Assembly (NCBI RefSeq): GCF_001194135.2
Contig: NC_068983.1
Span: 108,577,808 to 108,641,807 of the forward strand
DNA: 64,000 nt
Source of the DNA: Octopus bimaculoides
Taxonomy: Eukaryota
Direction: 5' to 3'
Every line of letters starts with the position of its first letter. The stretch's first letter is position 1. The translations under genes were made by a program, and so were the position numbers. Under the pieces are notes generated by a model. That model was not told the DNA's origin. It saw nothing but the letters and a program-made list of their open reading frames with translations, and ran no database searches. Below, piece after piece: positions 13,989 to 27,830 of the stretch.

Positions 13989-15741
13989 ACATATGTATAC
14001 ATACATATTCCAATGCCATATTTGATTTCCTTTATTCATTATGTATTTGAACTTATATGCAATTCACAATTTTAATTTGTATACCGTATACTTAAAAATT
14101 AATTTACAGTATTGAAAAATTTGAAAGTATAAGTTCTTGATTCTAACATTGAACATTTAAGATAAGCATCTGGTTTATATTACCCGGAAATGTTTTCAAA
14201 CGATTTTTTAAAAAATTTTCCTTTTAAGGAAAGGAATAATGTATCATATTCTTGGAAGGAATGTTTTCAATAGAAAATTTATAAATATTAATGAGCAAAA
14301 GGTATGATATGTTATCAGATAACCATGTTTTGAAACTATTATAAACTTTCTTCTGTGAATTAGTATTTGTGTTAAATTTTACTGAATCTAAAACAAGATA
14401 TCTAACATGAAATAGTGTGAAAAATTAGGTTTAAGGAAATTTCTTTAGATATTCTTAACCAAAATACTTATAGCAATTTATGATTAAAGATATTTTTTGC
14501 AAAATTATATCCTCTGTGTGAAAATTATCATGATGAAAATATATCTTGAGATTATTTTCCAACTGACACCTACAAAAATTACAGGTAATGATTTCCTTAG
14601 TCATCTATCTTGAAGATATTGAAATAAAATGAAAATTCTAGTAATAGTTATATAAGTTATATATAATCACTGTGTGCCATTTTAGGGAGAAATCACTTGA
14701 GCCAAATGTTGTAGTGGACAATATGAGACTAAAATGCTATTCTTCACTGTGATGTACAAACCACAGTGAAATTATGCACAGAATTATGATCTTATAAGAA
14801 CTGAATATACTAGTTTTAATGTAAGCATATATATATATATAGATATATATAAATGCAGAGCAATCTTCAGCTGCATAAATACATAGAATTAAATTAAAAC
14901 AGATGGACACATTAGTAAAATTTGACCTAACTCTTCCAAGAATGTAAGGAGTTAGACAAAGCTCATGCTGTTTTCACTTCAGCTTAGAAGCTACTCAGGC
15001 ATCAGGAAAAAAAAAAAACTAGTCACTGATGCTTTTTGGGGTCAGCTTTAATTTATAGTCTAGTTTATCTTTATATATCAAAATCTCTGGCGGAAGAACA
15101 ATGAACAGTGTCTGTTAGGGAAGGGGCCAAGTTAGTTGACAGAAATCATAGTGGGGATAGTCATAAAGCTAACAAGATTAATTTGAAGCAATATAGTGAG
15201 AAAGGAGCAAGACTCCAATAAACTAATAAAGGGAATTTTATCATGGGGCGTTATAGTTGAATGATTTGAACACTATTACTATATTAAAATTTAGGGTTAT
15301 CAAGAAAAGTTAATTAAGAAGAATATTTTAACCAAAAAGGATAAAATTTTTGAATACTTTTAAGTATATCCCCCAAAAAAAAAAAAATTACCACAATGGA
15401 GGGAGGAAAGAACATTACATAGAAATAGTTTAATATTAATATTATACACCCAAATATTAACTTATTAGATGGTGTCTATGAAGATTGATCATTGGCATTA
15501 ACTGGCAGTTAATAAGCTGAAGTGAAAACAACATGATCTTTGTCTATTTCCTTACATTCTTGGAGGAGTTAGGTCAAATTTTACTAATGTGTCCATCTGT
15601 TTTAATTTAATTCTATGTATTTATGAAGCTGAAGATTGCTCAGCATTTAAATTGATGTAATGATTGCATTGTTCAATTAAATGGAGTCGCTCAAAACGAT
15701 CGTACCACATTACTTCTGGATATCCTGTTGCTTATTTTGAT

Positions 15742-15779
<38 letters not shown>

Positions 15780-15822
15780 CATGCACATATATAAATGTAT
15801 ATAATAGACACACTCATATTGA

Positions 15823-16142
15823 TAGGCATGTGGCTCACTTGTTATTGTATTTGACTCACGGTTGTAAGGTCATAAGTTGAATCCCTGGTGACTTGTGTTC
15901 TTGAGCAAGACACTTTATCTCACATTACTCCAGTCAACTCAGCTGGCAAAAAATGAGTGGTACCCTTATTTCAAAGAGCCAGCCTTGTCACATTCTGTTT
16001 CATGCTGAATCTCCCTGAGAAGTATGTTAAGGGTACATGTGTCTTTGGAGTGCTCAACCACTTGCACATTAATTTCGTGACCAGACTGTTCCATTGATTG
16101 GATCAACTGGATCCCTCATTGCCATAACCGACAGAGTGCCAG
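15823..16142 (+). mobile_element. tRNA-derived SINE, family D
   Basis: Decayed A/B-box head (GTGGCTCAC...AAGTTGAATCCC), then GTTCTTGAGCAAGACACTTTAT...CTCAGCTG shared with 16482-16810. Confidence 0.75.
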
Positions 16143-16481
16143 TTATATTGATAGTAGAAAGATACTTACATAGGCACATTCAACTGCACACACACCCACA
16201 AACAGAAATACATATATAGATACACATATATGCATATAAACATACATATCAGATAAAGGGGTGTATACATACACACAGACATATAATTATGGTTAATATA
16301 TATATATGTACTCATAGACATACATAGAGGTATATAGTACATATATAAGCATATGTGTATAAATACTGTGATGTAAACACCTCAATTAGACTGAATCTGC
16401 CAAAACATGATTATAGGAGCAGAGTTAATGATTCGTATATAACAATAAATAAGAAATGATGTCTAAGGTATATGCAAACAG

Positions 16482-16810
16482 AGAAGGTGCATGACTCAGT
16501 GGTTAGAGCATCAGACTCATAATCATAAGGTAATGAGTTTGATTCCCTGACTGGGCTTTGTGATATGTTCTTGAGCAAGACACTTTATTTTACATTGTTC
16601 CAGCTCACTCAGCTGTAGAAATGAGTTGTGAAGTCACTGGTGCCTTGCTATATCGGCCTTTGCCTTTCCCTTGGTGTGGACAGGGGAGGCTGGTATGAAT
16701 GGGTGACTATTGGTCTTCCATAAATAGCCTTTCCCAGACTTGTGCCTCAAAGGGGAACTTACTAGGTGTAATCTCATTGTCACTCATGACTGAAGGGGGT
16801 CTTAACCCTA
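16482..16810 (+). mobile_element. tRNA-derived SINE, family D-related with a different 3' part
   Basis: A box TGACTCAGTGGTTAGAGCATCAG, B box GAGTTTGATTCC, central GTTCTTGAGCAAGACACTTTAT. Confidence 0.8.
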
Positions 16811-17446
16811 TTTATATGTAAACAGAAGTATATGGAAGTTTGAAGGTGTAGAATTGCCAAACCATGTATTCATTATAGGATAGCAACTTCAATAATATGA
16901 AAAAAATGGTTCAGGCATTAAATATGATAGACTGGCAAGTTAAACTTTGACATATGTGAAGTATTTTTTAAACAGCAGAGTGCATAAAAGGCCCAATACA
17001 TTATCTCTTTCTCCAGTGAAGCCAAATTATGATTAGCCAATATAGGGAATTATACATTTGTATTGATAAAGGTTAAACTTTATTAGTGTAAGTTCAATAT
17101 TCAAGTGTAAAGTTAGGTGTAGGTTATCATATAGGAACTATTTAAAATTTAAGGTGCTAGCACCAATGGGAAAATAAGTATTTTCATAGATAGCAGAATG
17201 CTTGAATATGGTCCAATATATCATCTATCACCAAAGTGGAAAGAGATAAGGTTAACAAGGCAGGGAATTATTCAAATGTATTGATCTAGGTAGTAGAATG
17301 CCTGGATATGGTTTGATACATTATCATTAAAGTAAGACTAAATTATGGTTAATGAAGGTAGGGAATTAGCTAGCGAACATGATCAATTTAGATATAGGTG
17401 CTGGCATGGGTAAGAAACATATATATATATACACACACATATACTT

Positions 17447-17597
17447 AGGCATGGCTGTGAGGTAAGAAGCTTGCTTCCTAACCACATGCTTCAGTTCCAC
17501 TGCATGCCACCTTGGGCAGGTGTCTTCTACTATAGCATTGGGTCAACTAAAACGTCTTGTTAGTGGATTTTATAGATGGAAACTGAAAGAAGCCCAT

Positions 17598-17600
<3 letters not shown>
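17447..17600 (+). mobile_element. tRNA-derived SINE, family A
   Basis: GGCATGGCTGTGAGGTAAGAAGCTTGCTTCC head, CCTTGGGCAGGTGTCTTCTACTATAGC core, ends in a (TA)n/(TACA)n tail. Confidence 0.88.
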
Positions 17601-17636
<36 letters not shown>

Positions 17637-17753
17637 CACATATATATAAATATATATATATATACATATATATATATACTTATACATATATACATATATA
17701 TACATATGTTTACATATATACATATATATATATACACACACAAATATATATAC

Positions 17754-17802
<49 letters not shown>

Positions 17803-17883
17803 CACATAAATATATCAATATATAAAAATAAGACCCAGGGATCCAAGTAAAAGAACTTAAGCAGTGAACTCCCTCAGTTTGGA

Positions 17884-17923
<40 letters not shown>

Positions 17924-18482
17924 TATTTGTTTTTGATGTCCAGATATAATAACAACAATTTTACATTAAACTGAAGGATTACTCAATACTTTACATATTC
18001 ATATATTATTGGACCATGTAACAATTCAAAACTTTTATGATTCAAAATTGATACCAACTGGCTAGATGGTGTATATTTTGAATCATAAAATTTATGTTTC
18101 CCCAACAAATTTTACTATTGTATTACATAAAATTAAAATTCAATAGTGAATATGGTCATTAAAACATTGAATGAGTTTTTAATAATAATTAATGCATTTA
18201 TTGTACGGTGTGTGCAAAATGTAATGTAAATTTTCCATAAAACATGTATCATTTTCTTGATATGAATAAGCTTGTACATCTAATCCTAGCTTCAAAAATC
18301 AGTAAGCTACAGATAATTAAGGAAAAAGTCTATTACTTTAAATATAGATGTGACATTTCAGCTAACAATGATATTAACATAGAATTATTGAATCATGTAG
18401 TGAAAAGAAAACTATAAAAGAAACCTGATAATCAAAATTAGAAACTCTAGTTTATTGAGAGTAAGAGAATAAGCTATAGGTA

Positions 18483-18950
18483 CATCATCATCATCGTTTA
18501 ACGTCCGCTTTCCATGCTAGCATGGGTTGGACGATTTGACTGAGGACTGGTGAAACCGGATGGCAACACCAGGCTCCAATCTAATTTGGCAGAGTTTCTA
18601 CAGCTGGATGCCCTTCCTAACGCCAACCACTCAGAGAGTGTAGTGGGTGCTTTTACGTGTCACCCGCACGAGAGCCAGTCAGGCGGTACTGGCAATGGCC
18701 ACGCTCAAAATGGTGTCTTTTATGTGCCACCCACACAAGAGCCAGTCCAGGGGCACTGGCAACGATCTCGCTCAAAAATCCTATGAAGGCCAGTCAGGCG
18801 GTATTGGCAATGGCCACGCTCAAAATGTTGCATCCCATGCACCACCCGCACAAGAGCCAGTCCAGGGGCACTGGCAACGATCTCACTTGGCTTGCCGGGT
18901 CTTCTCACGCACAGCACATTTCCAAAGGTCTCGGTCAGAAATCAGTAATC
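18483..18950 (-). mobile_element. Young 5'-truncated RTE LINE 3' end (3'UTR tandem units and (GAT)n tail)
   Basis: Reverse complement matches the 3' end of the RTE at 52000-52570. CpGs intact; (CAT)n at the left end. Confidence 0.9.
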
Positions 18951-20174
18951 AATGCTAAAACTCTTGTGCAATATGCCATAACCAGTCTATTCCATCTGAG
19001 TAAATTATTGATGCTATTAGCCCCATGGAAGGAGAAAAGCAAATATATAAGTTTTATTTCTGCATGAAATATTCTGTTAATTTAGGTACTGAAATATTGC
19101 TGCTCTGGCATTTTATGATGACCAGATGTACACTACCTTCTTTTTGGTTATGGGACAGTGGTCGGGGTGAGGGTGGGGTAAATTATTCCTTTCTTTAATA
19201 TTATTTTTCTGTATTTTATTGATTTATGTTCCTAACTTAATTTTTTTTTTTTCAATCTATATGCATAACAATTTCTGCTTGTTACATTTTGTTTTTCTTA
19301 TTTGCTATTGTTTTTCATGCTATCGTTCTTTAGGTAGCACTGTCTGTTTTGCTATCTTTTTCTATTTTCTATACTTTACTTAATTGTATTTCATTTTATT
19401 TCTGTATTTTATAACTGCAGTTGAATGGCAATTTATATTATAGATTCGGTGTTTGTATTTGTACTTTCTACCTATAAGAGGTGTCAACTCAATGAAGATA
19501 TAGAGCTAATGTTTGGCCTACCTTGTCTTATCTTCTGTTCTCAAGCAGCATTTATATTTTTGATACCGTTGATATCAACTGATTGAATGGTACTGTTCAG
19601 GTGTCAATACCATAATGACATCCATTAGGCAGCTGAAGATGAGATGTATATGTTTGTTGTGTCTGTTTATTTTTTATACGTTTTTAGTTATGAACCTTCA
19701 GTATCTTGTATTCTTATTGTTTCAGATTGTCCTCCATTGAAATTTAGGTTCCAGTATGGATTAGACTTGTTCTGAGAATTTATAGTTCATGGTGATTTTG
19801 TTACATACACATTTTCATTCTCTGATACACATGCAAACATAAACATATTTATAATATATCCATTCTCTTATGAACTTAATAGATTATTTTTAGTATCTCA
19901 TGTTTAAAAGTAGATAGCACAATGATGAACATAAGATATTACATAAGGCAATAATGTTTTATTAAAGTATATCTAATATATTTTTAATGACCATATTTGA
20001 TTTCTTATATTGTTGGCTTATTCAGTACATAAATAGATACAAACATGTGCACACACAAGCATACACACACACACACACACAAACACATACATACACACAC
20101 ACACTTGTGTGTAAGTATGCAAATGTGGAAAAGTGAATGTTAAATGTTGATGATGCAGACATAGTGATGATAAC

Positions 20175-20340
20175 CAGGGCTAGGTCAAGGTACCAGCAAC
20201 TCAGGCAGTTACCCAAGCCACCATATGCTTTTTAGTCTACATTTTCAGTTTTTCTCCTTGTGAAAGTTTAAAAAAATAATACTTGTAAGGGTGCCGAAGT
20301 TCAGCTTGCCCAGGGACCACCAACCCAAGGGCTGGCCCTG
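20175..20340. mobile_element. hAT-type MITE (166 bp)
   Basis: Termini CAGGGCTAG...CTGGCCCTG; perfect 8-bp TSD ATGATAAC at 20167-20174 and 20341-20348. An 8-bp TSD with CAG termini is typical of hAT. Confidence 0.9.
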
Positions 20341-20483
20341 ATGATAACACAAATTCACGTTTACTTATCCTTATATAAAGTCTTATCATGATGATGGAAC
20401 ACAATAATAATGAAGGGCCTTCAACTTGTCTCAGAAAGTAAATAACTTTACTAGATTAATACATAAAAAAATATTATATATAT

Positions 20484-20526
<43 letters not shown>

Positions 20527-20578
20527 ATGTGTGTGCATGTGTGTGNNNNNNNNNNGTGTGTATGTGTGCATGTGTGTG

Positions 20579-20612
<34 letters not shown>

Positions 20613-20855
20613 GCTACTTATAGTTTATATGCAGAAATTGTATAGTTCATCCAGCAGTTACAGTATTAGATGAACAGTGCAGATAATGGATGAGACCCAA
20701 TAGAACAAAGGTTGATTCTTTAGTTATTTCTGCTTGGTAATTGATATCTATTATTCAATTGTATGTGTTTTCATCTTTTGAGTATTTGTCTGAGTAGAAA
20801 GTACAAGAAAGGGATCACACATACACACAGTCTCTCTCTCCCTCCCTCTCTCTCT

Positions 20856-20889
<34 letters not shown>

Positions 20890-20909
20890 TTCTCACACAC
20901 ACACACACA

Positions 20910-20940
<31 letters not shown>

Positions 20941-23900
20941 TGAATCACATAAGACATTCTTTAAAAACAGACTTGTGTTTGCTTTGTTTTGAAGTGAAGA
21001 AACTAATTACTGTAATAAAAAAGATGCAATCAATTTTTAAAAATTGATTGACATGGATTTTTAACTACTAAAATTGTGATAATGAATCAAAACTGTAAAT
21101 CTAAATGTAAATACTTAGACACAGATTCAAGTTTATATTATAGTGAAAATGAACTTGTAGCCTCTTAAAAGCTTTTAGATAGGTGCCACAATCAAGATAT
21201 TGACCTATGTCACTCAGACAGCTAACAGCTTAAAAGGCTTCGATTTCACTCCACTGTTAAAACCAGGATTGATATAAATTTCAGCTGTCAACATAAAGCT
21301 GAAAGACTTTTCTCTGTTCTCAAATCCAGTTAACCAATTGCATCTAAATGAAGCTGTCTATCAATATAAAGTATTGGTGGGTTGATGCATATATTAAAGT
21401 AAAATATCTTTACTAAGTAAATTAGAAGATAATATAATCTTATAGCAATTATTATATCTAAGCTTGTTGATTTAGTGAGATTGTTTATCAGATTGAAATT
21501 ATAACAAAGCATATGTACTTTAAGGACATTTTGTCAAATCAGTTTAATTCTCAACAATGATATTTAACTACCTCTACTGCTTTCCATATTCTTCTAGCCA
21601 CCAACACTTGTCTGATTTATCACTTGTCTTGAATTGAAGATATCGGTCTAACCTCATCTCTTTTTAATGTCATCAGTCTTAATGATTCCTATTTTCAATT
21701 CCTCTAGTATCTTGAACTTTTCTCCCTAGTGCTGAAACTGACTCTCTTACAACTATGAATTCCCTACAACAGTTACTTTCATCCTGTATATGTATTTCTG
21801 ACTGATACACAAATACTCAAAATAGCTGTTCTCTTCTTCACTTTCAAACCTAGCCACCATTAAGTTATCTCTGTCTCTGTAATTATCGGGTAGTTTGACT
21901 ACTGTCTAATAATGCCTCTCCCCTGTATTTGCACATGCTGTGCAACACCCTTGGCTCCTTCATAGTGTGGTAGTTCAACATATTGCCACTCCACCAGTTT
22001 TATGTTAATTATTCATGGCAGCAAATGTACTTCACTCTTGACCCATCTAAGACAACTAAGCAAGTGACTGAACTTATACATTTAGACATGTCCTTTCACA
22101 TTCCTCATAACAACCAAAGCTTATGGTCAACCAAAGCTTCTGGTCCATGTGTGGCTGCACTCCAATAGTACAGGCTACATATAATGTATACAACATTAAG
22201 AGAAATAATCACCAACCAGTAATTTAAGCAAGACAACTATCCATAATGTAAAATACGCATTCATGCACTACACAGTTTACAAGCTACCTTTTCTCTCAAA
22301 TTGAAGCTTGGTCTTGTGATTGTTTGTCAAAAGGATCTCAATCAACTTTTTATGTATTCATACCTACTATTCTTTAATAAGGATGGCTCCATAAGTAATA
22401 TTCCAAGTAATATTTGATGCCTGATTTCCATTCAACTTCACTTTACACACACTTGTCAATATCTTCACCAATTCTTTCTTCATTTCATCAGTCTCAGCAT
22501 CATAAAGGCTTACATACCAAGTGTGAAAACACTTCTAGTTACATCAGCTACTAGCAAGGCCTTAAGCCCTGAAATATCTCTTCTGTTATCTTCAAATACT
22601 GTGTGCCAAAGCTAATCTCCCTATTAAAGCCAAACATTTGTGTCAATATAAATCTCCCTGAACTTCGGAAATATGCTGTATTGTATTCTATCCTTAAGTA
22701 GGGCAATATTTCCAGCTTCATCAAATATCAGCTGATTGCTCTCACTTCCAACTTATTAGGTGGGAGAGAAACAGTTACCTTCACCTTGTGACCTTGCTCT
22801 CCTAAATGACTGACTACATAACTTCTGTATTATCCCCATGAATAGAAGTATTCAAAATATTCTTCAATGAGAATGTAGCAATCTTACCTCTTTCAAAAGC
22901 ATGAACACACAATAACTCCATATATCAAGGAACATATTTTAGATCAGCTTCTCAACTGTATATAATCAATTGCTTTGAACTTGACACAGATGCTAGATTT
23001 TGCAATTATTGAAATTTTTCCTTGCAATACCATGTTCATATCATTGCAAAAGTTGTTCACAAAGTCTATTCTTGCTCTTCAGAGCCAGAAAATGCTTTAG
23101 TTCTGAAGAGCTTCTGACCTTCTTCAGTGGTCAAATGAAACTGCCATAAAATATTATTCTTACATGTAGATAGAACTATAGCTGCTAACAAAATTATTCT
23201 AGACTATATGCAAAAAAGAAGTCAAACCTCCTGCTCACAGACATGCTGCCTCCTCACTACTTGTTCAAGCAGTATTACAATGGCCTCTGTTATTCTATGT
23301 TAGTTAACTGTATATGACATTAATTTAAATCCACATAGTAACATCTATCTTTTACCTTACACCAACCATTGTGTGTTTCCCTTTCTAGGCTTTACAGTAA
23401 AAACAGTATCCAATCCTCCCACCTACAATTTTCAACTCTACAATTTTAGTTATCACCTATGCTTTTGCAATAGACATCGCATCCAGCTGTTTAAACTGAA
23501 CATCAACTGTATCAATCTCAGCAGCTAAAGAGCACAACTCCCACCTCTTGACTGATATCATTAAAAAAAAAACAGCGAAGAATAAAAAATAAGAAAACTA
23601 AATGAAATAAATTTTATTACAATATTATCCAACATATATTGCTTCTCTTAACATACTGTAAATAAAGTATTTATTCATTAATTTGATTTCTTGAAATTTT
23701 GAAACTTTCCTGACATCAACAATGTTTAATCTTAGAAGTTAATAGGTAGACTACTTTAATCCATGCTAAATCTTATAGATATTTGGCAAGAGAGAAGTTA
23801 AACTGAAGATGATAATGAAATAGACATTAGTATATTTTTGGCAACAAGTTTTCTCTCATAGTCTCCAGTATATTCTATCTCATTTAAACTTGTTCCAATA

Positions 23901-24429
23901 AGATTGCTATTAATCCCTCTCACCTACGTAATGATAGAGTGAAAGTAACCAATAGTATTAAATCCCAGACACATACCTAAAGGTTAAACGGAAATGATAT
24001 TACCATGATTTCTGCACTACACAACCACTGCATTTTCTCTTTGCTCTGTTTACCATTACTACAATCACTTCTATTTCTGTCTTCTATTTCTCTAAACTGA
24101 CATGCTGCATACACATCTGCCAAAGTCCACTTAATGTATTTATCTATTCTACTTTCATTTATCTACACCATATCTCAGCTTACAAACTTCTGCACTAAAC
24201 ACTCAGCCTAATCATTATCATTCTTTCTAGAAATACAGTCCTTAGAAATTCTCTCTGACATATTTTTGCTACAAGTAGTACTAAAGATTAAACTGAGCAT
24301 CATTGATCTCACCAGTCTGTGAGGGCCAACAAGAGCTTACTAAAATTATTCAACCTTCTAAAACTAAAGAATTCAGTAAAGAGAAAATAAAGAAAAAAAA
24401 AATGATTAATAGGCAGAGGGTTGGTTATA

Positions 24430-24800
24430 TGAATAAAAATTTGCTTTGCAGCCATGTGGTTTTGGTGAGTTCTGTCTTACAGAGGATCAATGCATTGTGT
24501 ATGAATTTGGTAAATGGAAACAGTGTGGAAGTCCATCTGAAAAAAACATTTGAGCAAGGTCGTTGCCAGTGCCACTGAACTGGTTCCTGTACAGGTGGCA
24601 CGTAAAATACACCATTTTGAGCATGGCCATTGCCAGTACTGCCTGATTGACCCTTGTGTTGGTGGCACGTAAAAGCACCCAGCTGTAGAAACTCTGCCAG
24701 ATGAGATTGGAGCCTAGTGCAGCCATCTGGTTCACCAGTCCTCAGTCAAATTGTCCAACCCATGCTAGCATGGAAAGCAGACGTTAAACGATGATGATGA
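24430..24800 (+). mobile_element. Decayed family A SINE joined to an RTE 3' end with (GAT)n tail
   Basis: 24430-24540 resembles family A. 24545-24800 matches RTE 3'UTR units and the terminal CAACCCATGCTAGCATGGAAAGCAGACGTTAAACGATGATGATG. Confidence 0.8.
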
Positions 24801-24883
24801 TGATACACACACACACACACACACACACACAAATACATATACNNNNNNNNNNNNNNNNNNNNNNNNNNNNNNNNNNNNNNNNN

Positions 24884-24923
<40 letters not shown>

Positions 24924-24937
24924 CGTTTGACACAACA

Positions 24938-24978
<41 letters not shown>

Positions 24979-25089
24979 TATCTGTGTGTGTGTATGTACG
25001 TATGTTAGTGTGTGTTTGTTTGTTATGTCTGTTTTTGCGATGTGTGTGTCTATGTCTGCATCAGTGTTGGTTTGTTTATGTTTCTTTAA

Positions 25090-25260
25090 CTTAACAGTTC
25101 AGGAAGCATTGACCAACAGAATAAGTACCAGACTCAAATAAATAAATGAATTAAATTAAATTTAAAACACATACAAGAGTTGATTTGATTGATAAAACAC
25201 TACAAGCCAGTGCCCCAGCATATTTGCATTCCAATGAGTGACACAAAAGAATAACAGAAA
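25090..25260 (+). mobile_element. SINE family C fragment
   Basis: TTAACAGTTCAG...GACCAACAGAATAAGTACC...ACAAAAGAATAA, similar to 48800-48927. Confidence 0.6.
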
Positions 25261-26179
25261 TCATTGTAACTGAATTCATTTCATTCTTTTAAACTTCAGT
25301 GTTGTTTAATGTATAACTAACTGCAGAGCAATGGTTTGGAGATGTTAAGGCAACATTAATCTAGTTAAAGAGGAGATGTAAGAAGCAGTACAAAGAAAGT
25401 AGGTATAGTTGGATTGAGAGGGAAAATATATACTAAGAGGTAAAATTAAAATAGAACTCATTAAAATTAGTATAATTTGTTTCGCTTTGTCTTTAACATG
25501 ACACTGGGATTATATTGCAATGATGGAATGTGAACATGTTTCTATTTCTTAAGTATGGAGAATGACACTATATTGGAAAAATATATTGTTTCAATAAAGG
25601 AAAAGAAAATATATTAAAAAAAATACGAATTTTTCTTTCCTGTTTTACATTTATTTTCAAAGCTGCATGTGTTAAATCTGTTTTTTTTTTGGGGGGGGGG
25701 AGCAGTTGGATGCCATTCTATTTCATAATATTCAGCCACAACTAAGAGTGGTAATTTTTTTTTTTTTTTTGTCAGTAAGTTTTACAGAAGCAAGATATGC
25801 TATGTCTTTCACAGATGCACAACATCATGATGCTAGTAAGATCTGAACACTCAGTCATACTATGGTCAGTAGTGAATTACCTTAGCCTCACAGCAATTGT
25901 GTCTTATAGTAAACGTACAAGAAAAAATATTAAAAATTCCATACATCTTTAATGGGTTGAATTTTGGTCCATTTCAATTATTTAGTTAAACTGAAAACAA
26001 ACTGGTAGATTTTTTAATATACAAGTTGATTCAAAAGTAATTTTAGTATTTAAATGATCTATAGCAATTTTTCTTTTAACTTGTTACAATTGTTATTTTG
26101 AATATTATCTTTGCTATTTTGTTGTAAACATCTTTATACATACATACACACACACACACACACACGCACATCCTCATTA

Positions 26180-26560
26180 TTGTTATCATCATCTTTCATC
26201 ATCATCATTCTAATTTTGAATGCCCATGTTCTGTGGTGGTAAGAGATGGATGGTTTGACAGGGTATGTTGGGTCCAACGACTGAACACCATGCTCCAATG
26301 TATGCTTTGGCACCTTGGCATAATTTCTATTACTAAATGCTTTTCTTAGTACCAACCATTTTACAGAGTTTGTTGCATATTTTTTTATGACACCAGCACT
26401 AGTGAGGTCCTTGCACAGCTTGCAAAACTAAGATCACCTTTGTCTGAGTGAGGCTATAATACAGAAGAAGGTGGCTTTATGCTGTGAGGTGAGAGATTAA
26501 AGTATGACAGAAAAGGTCAGAAGAAAGAGAGAAGATAGGATGTGACAAACTTCAAGAAGT
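26180..26560 (-). mobile_element. Old RTE-tail-related repeat
   Basis: (CAT)n-rich left end and degenerate match to the RTE tail block near 26320-26400 (compare 61000-61100). Confidence 0.5.
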
Positions 26561-27619
26561 TCAAATGGTCTCAGTTGTCAATGCAAGAGGGAGTGAGAAA
26601 CTTTTAAATTAATTCTGCATTATGAAAGTGACAGTAAACTTGGTGCTTTAATGATAATGATAATGAAGATGATGATGGTGATAGGTTGTTGGTAATGGTG
26701 ATATGAACATTGTTTATTTGTCTGCATTTGATTGGAGACAGAATCTTTAGTGAATAAACTATATTAGTTATGTACACCTATGGATTGCTTCACTGGTTCT
26801 GATACTGATTAGTAAGGTTGTTATTAAAACTATCAATGTGTTCGTGTTGTTAACACAATAAATACGTGTGTGACATAGACAAGTTGAAATATTTCCATTG
26901 GTGCTTTCTTTTATAATAAAGTAACACTGACAAAGTAAGCTTAATTGTATTTTCCTTTACTCTAAGTCTTAAACAGTAAGAATGGAAACTGAATTTTCCT
27001 CAAGGAGTTCTTTCTTTCTTAGAATATTCTTGAATCAATCACACCGACTGTATATATTGAGTAAATTAACAGATGTTGCAGTCCTAGAATTTGGATTAAC
27101 AGTATTGTGGTACTAAAATTAAGCTGAAACTGTTGTTGTGAAAGCAAAAACATTGCTGAAGGTTGCATAAAAATACATTTGTTTACAATTAGAACATTCT
27201 GCCAATGGCTGAAATAAAGTTTAAAATTTATTCTAGACCTACCTTTAAAACTGTTTGTCAACAAAGCCAGTAGAAATCCTTTACATAATCATCCACCCTG
27301 CTAGATATAGAAGATAAATTTCCTAAAAATCATACACCCATTGTTTTGGAAAAGGAAGACCCTTTTCCAAATGTGTACAAAGAAAAAAAAATGAACTTGG
27401 CTGGAATAGAATGCCTTTTATCACAGGTGCTATCAATTGTTTATTAATTGAATATTGGGATCATGGCATTTGATTACTTCAAGTTAAATAAAACCAAAGC
27501 ATACAAAGCTGGTGGATATTTCTACTACAACATAGGGATACAGTTAGTATGCATTGCAGTTATTTAATAAATTAGATACATCCATCCATAAAATTCCTCT
27601 GTGGCCAGGAGAGATAAAA

Positions 27620-27830
27620 GCTACTGTAGTTTTGGAACCTCCACCTCCATGACTATTTAGGTCCACTAGGTAACAGAAGCTGTCAACAACGTCCAGAAAT
27701 CTTCAGGGCATTTGAGAGAATCTATTTTCTGAGTGCTCTTAATGTTTACCACACATACAAAACATGCCGTCTCTATTAGCCTGCTTGTGATTCCACCATA
27801 GTTCATGTGCAGGCATAGTTTCTAAGTACA
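27620..27830 (-). mobile_element. RTE LINE ORF fragment (post-RT region)
   Basis: Minus-strand VVDSFCYLVDLNSHGGGGSKTTVA aligns with VVDSFHYLGDQVSSGGGCSEIVAAR in the 50.4-52.6 kb RTE. Confidence 0.75.

Noticed and set aside
16482-16560. tRNA-like A/B-box heads (also 15823, 17447, 41084)
   Set aside because: No complete cloverleaf, and each continues into SINE body sequence; not tRNA genes.
18538-18570. CTGAGGA-CTGGT-GAAA-CCGG in the RTE tail resembling a hammerhead
   Set aside because: No UH after the palindrome and no stem I partner; other copies of the tail (24.7 and 52.4 kb) do not keep the motif.
18550-19067. Overlapping GC-rich ORFs of 65-136 aa (also 24303-24735 and 52078-52356)
   Set aside because: They fall in RTE 3'UTR tandem units; open by composition only.
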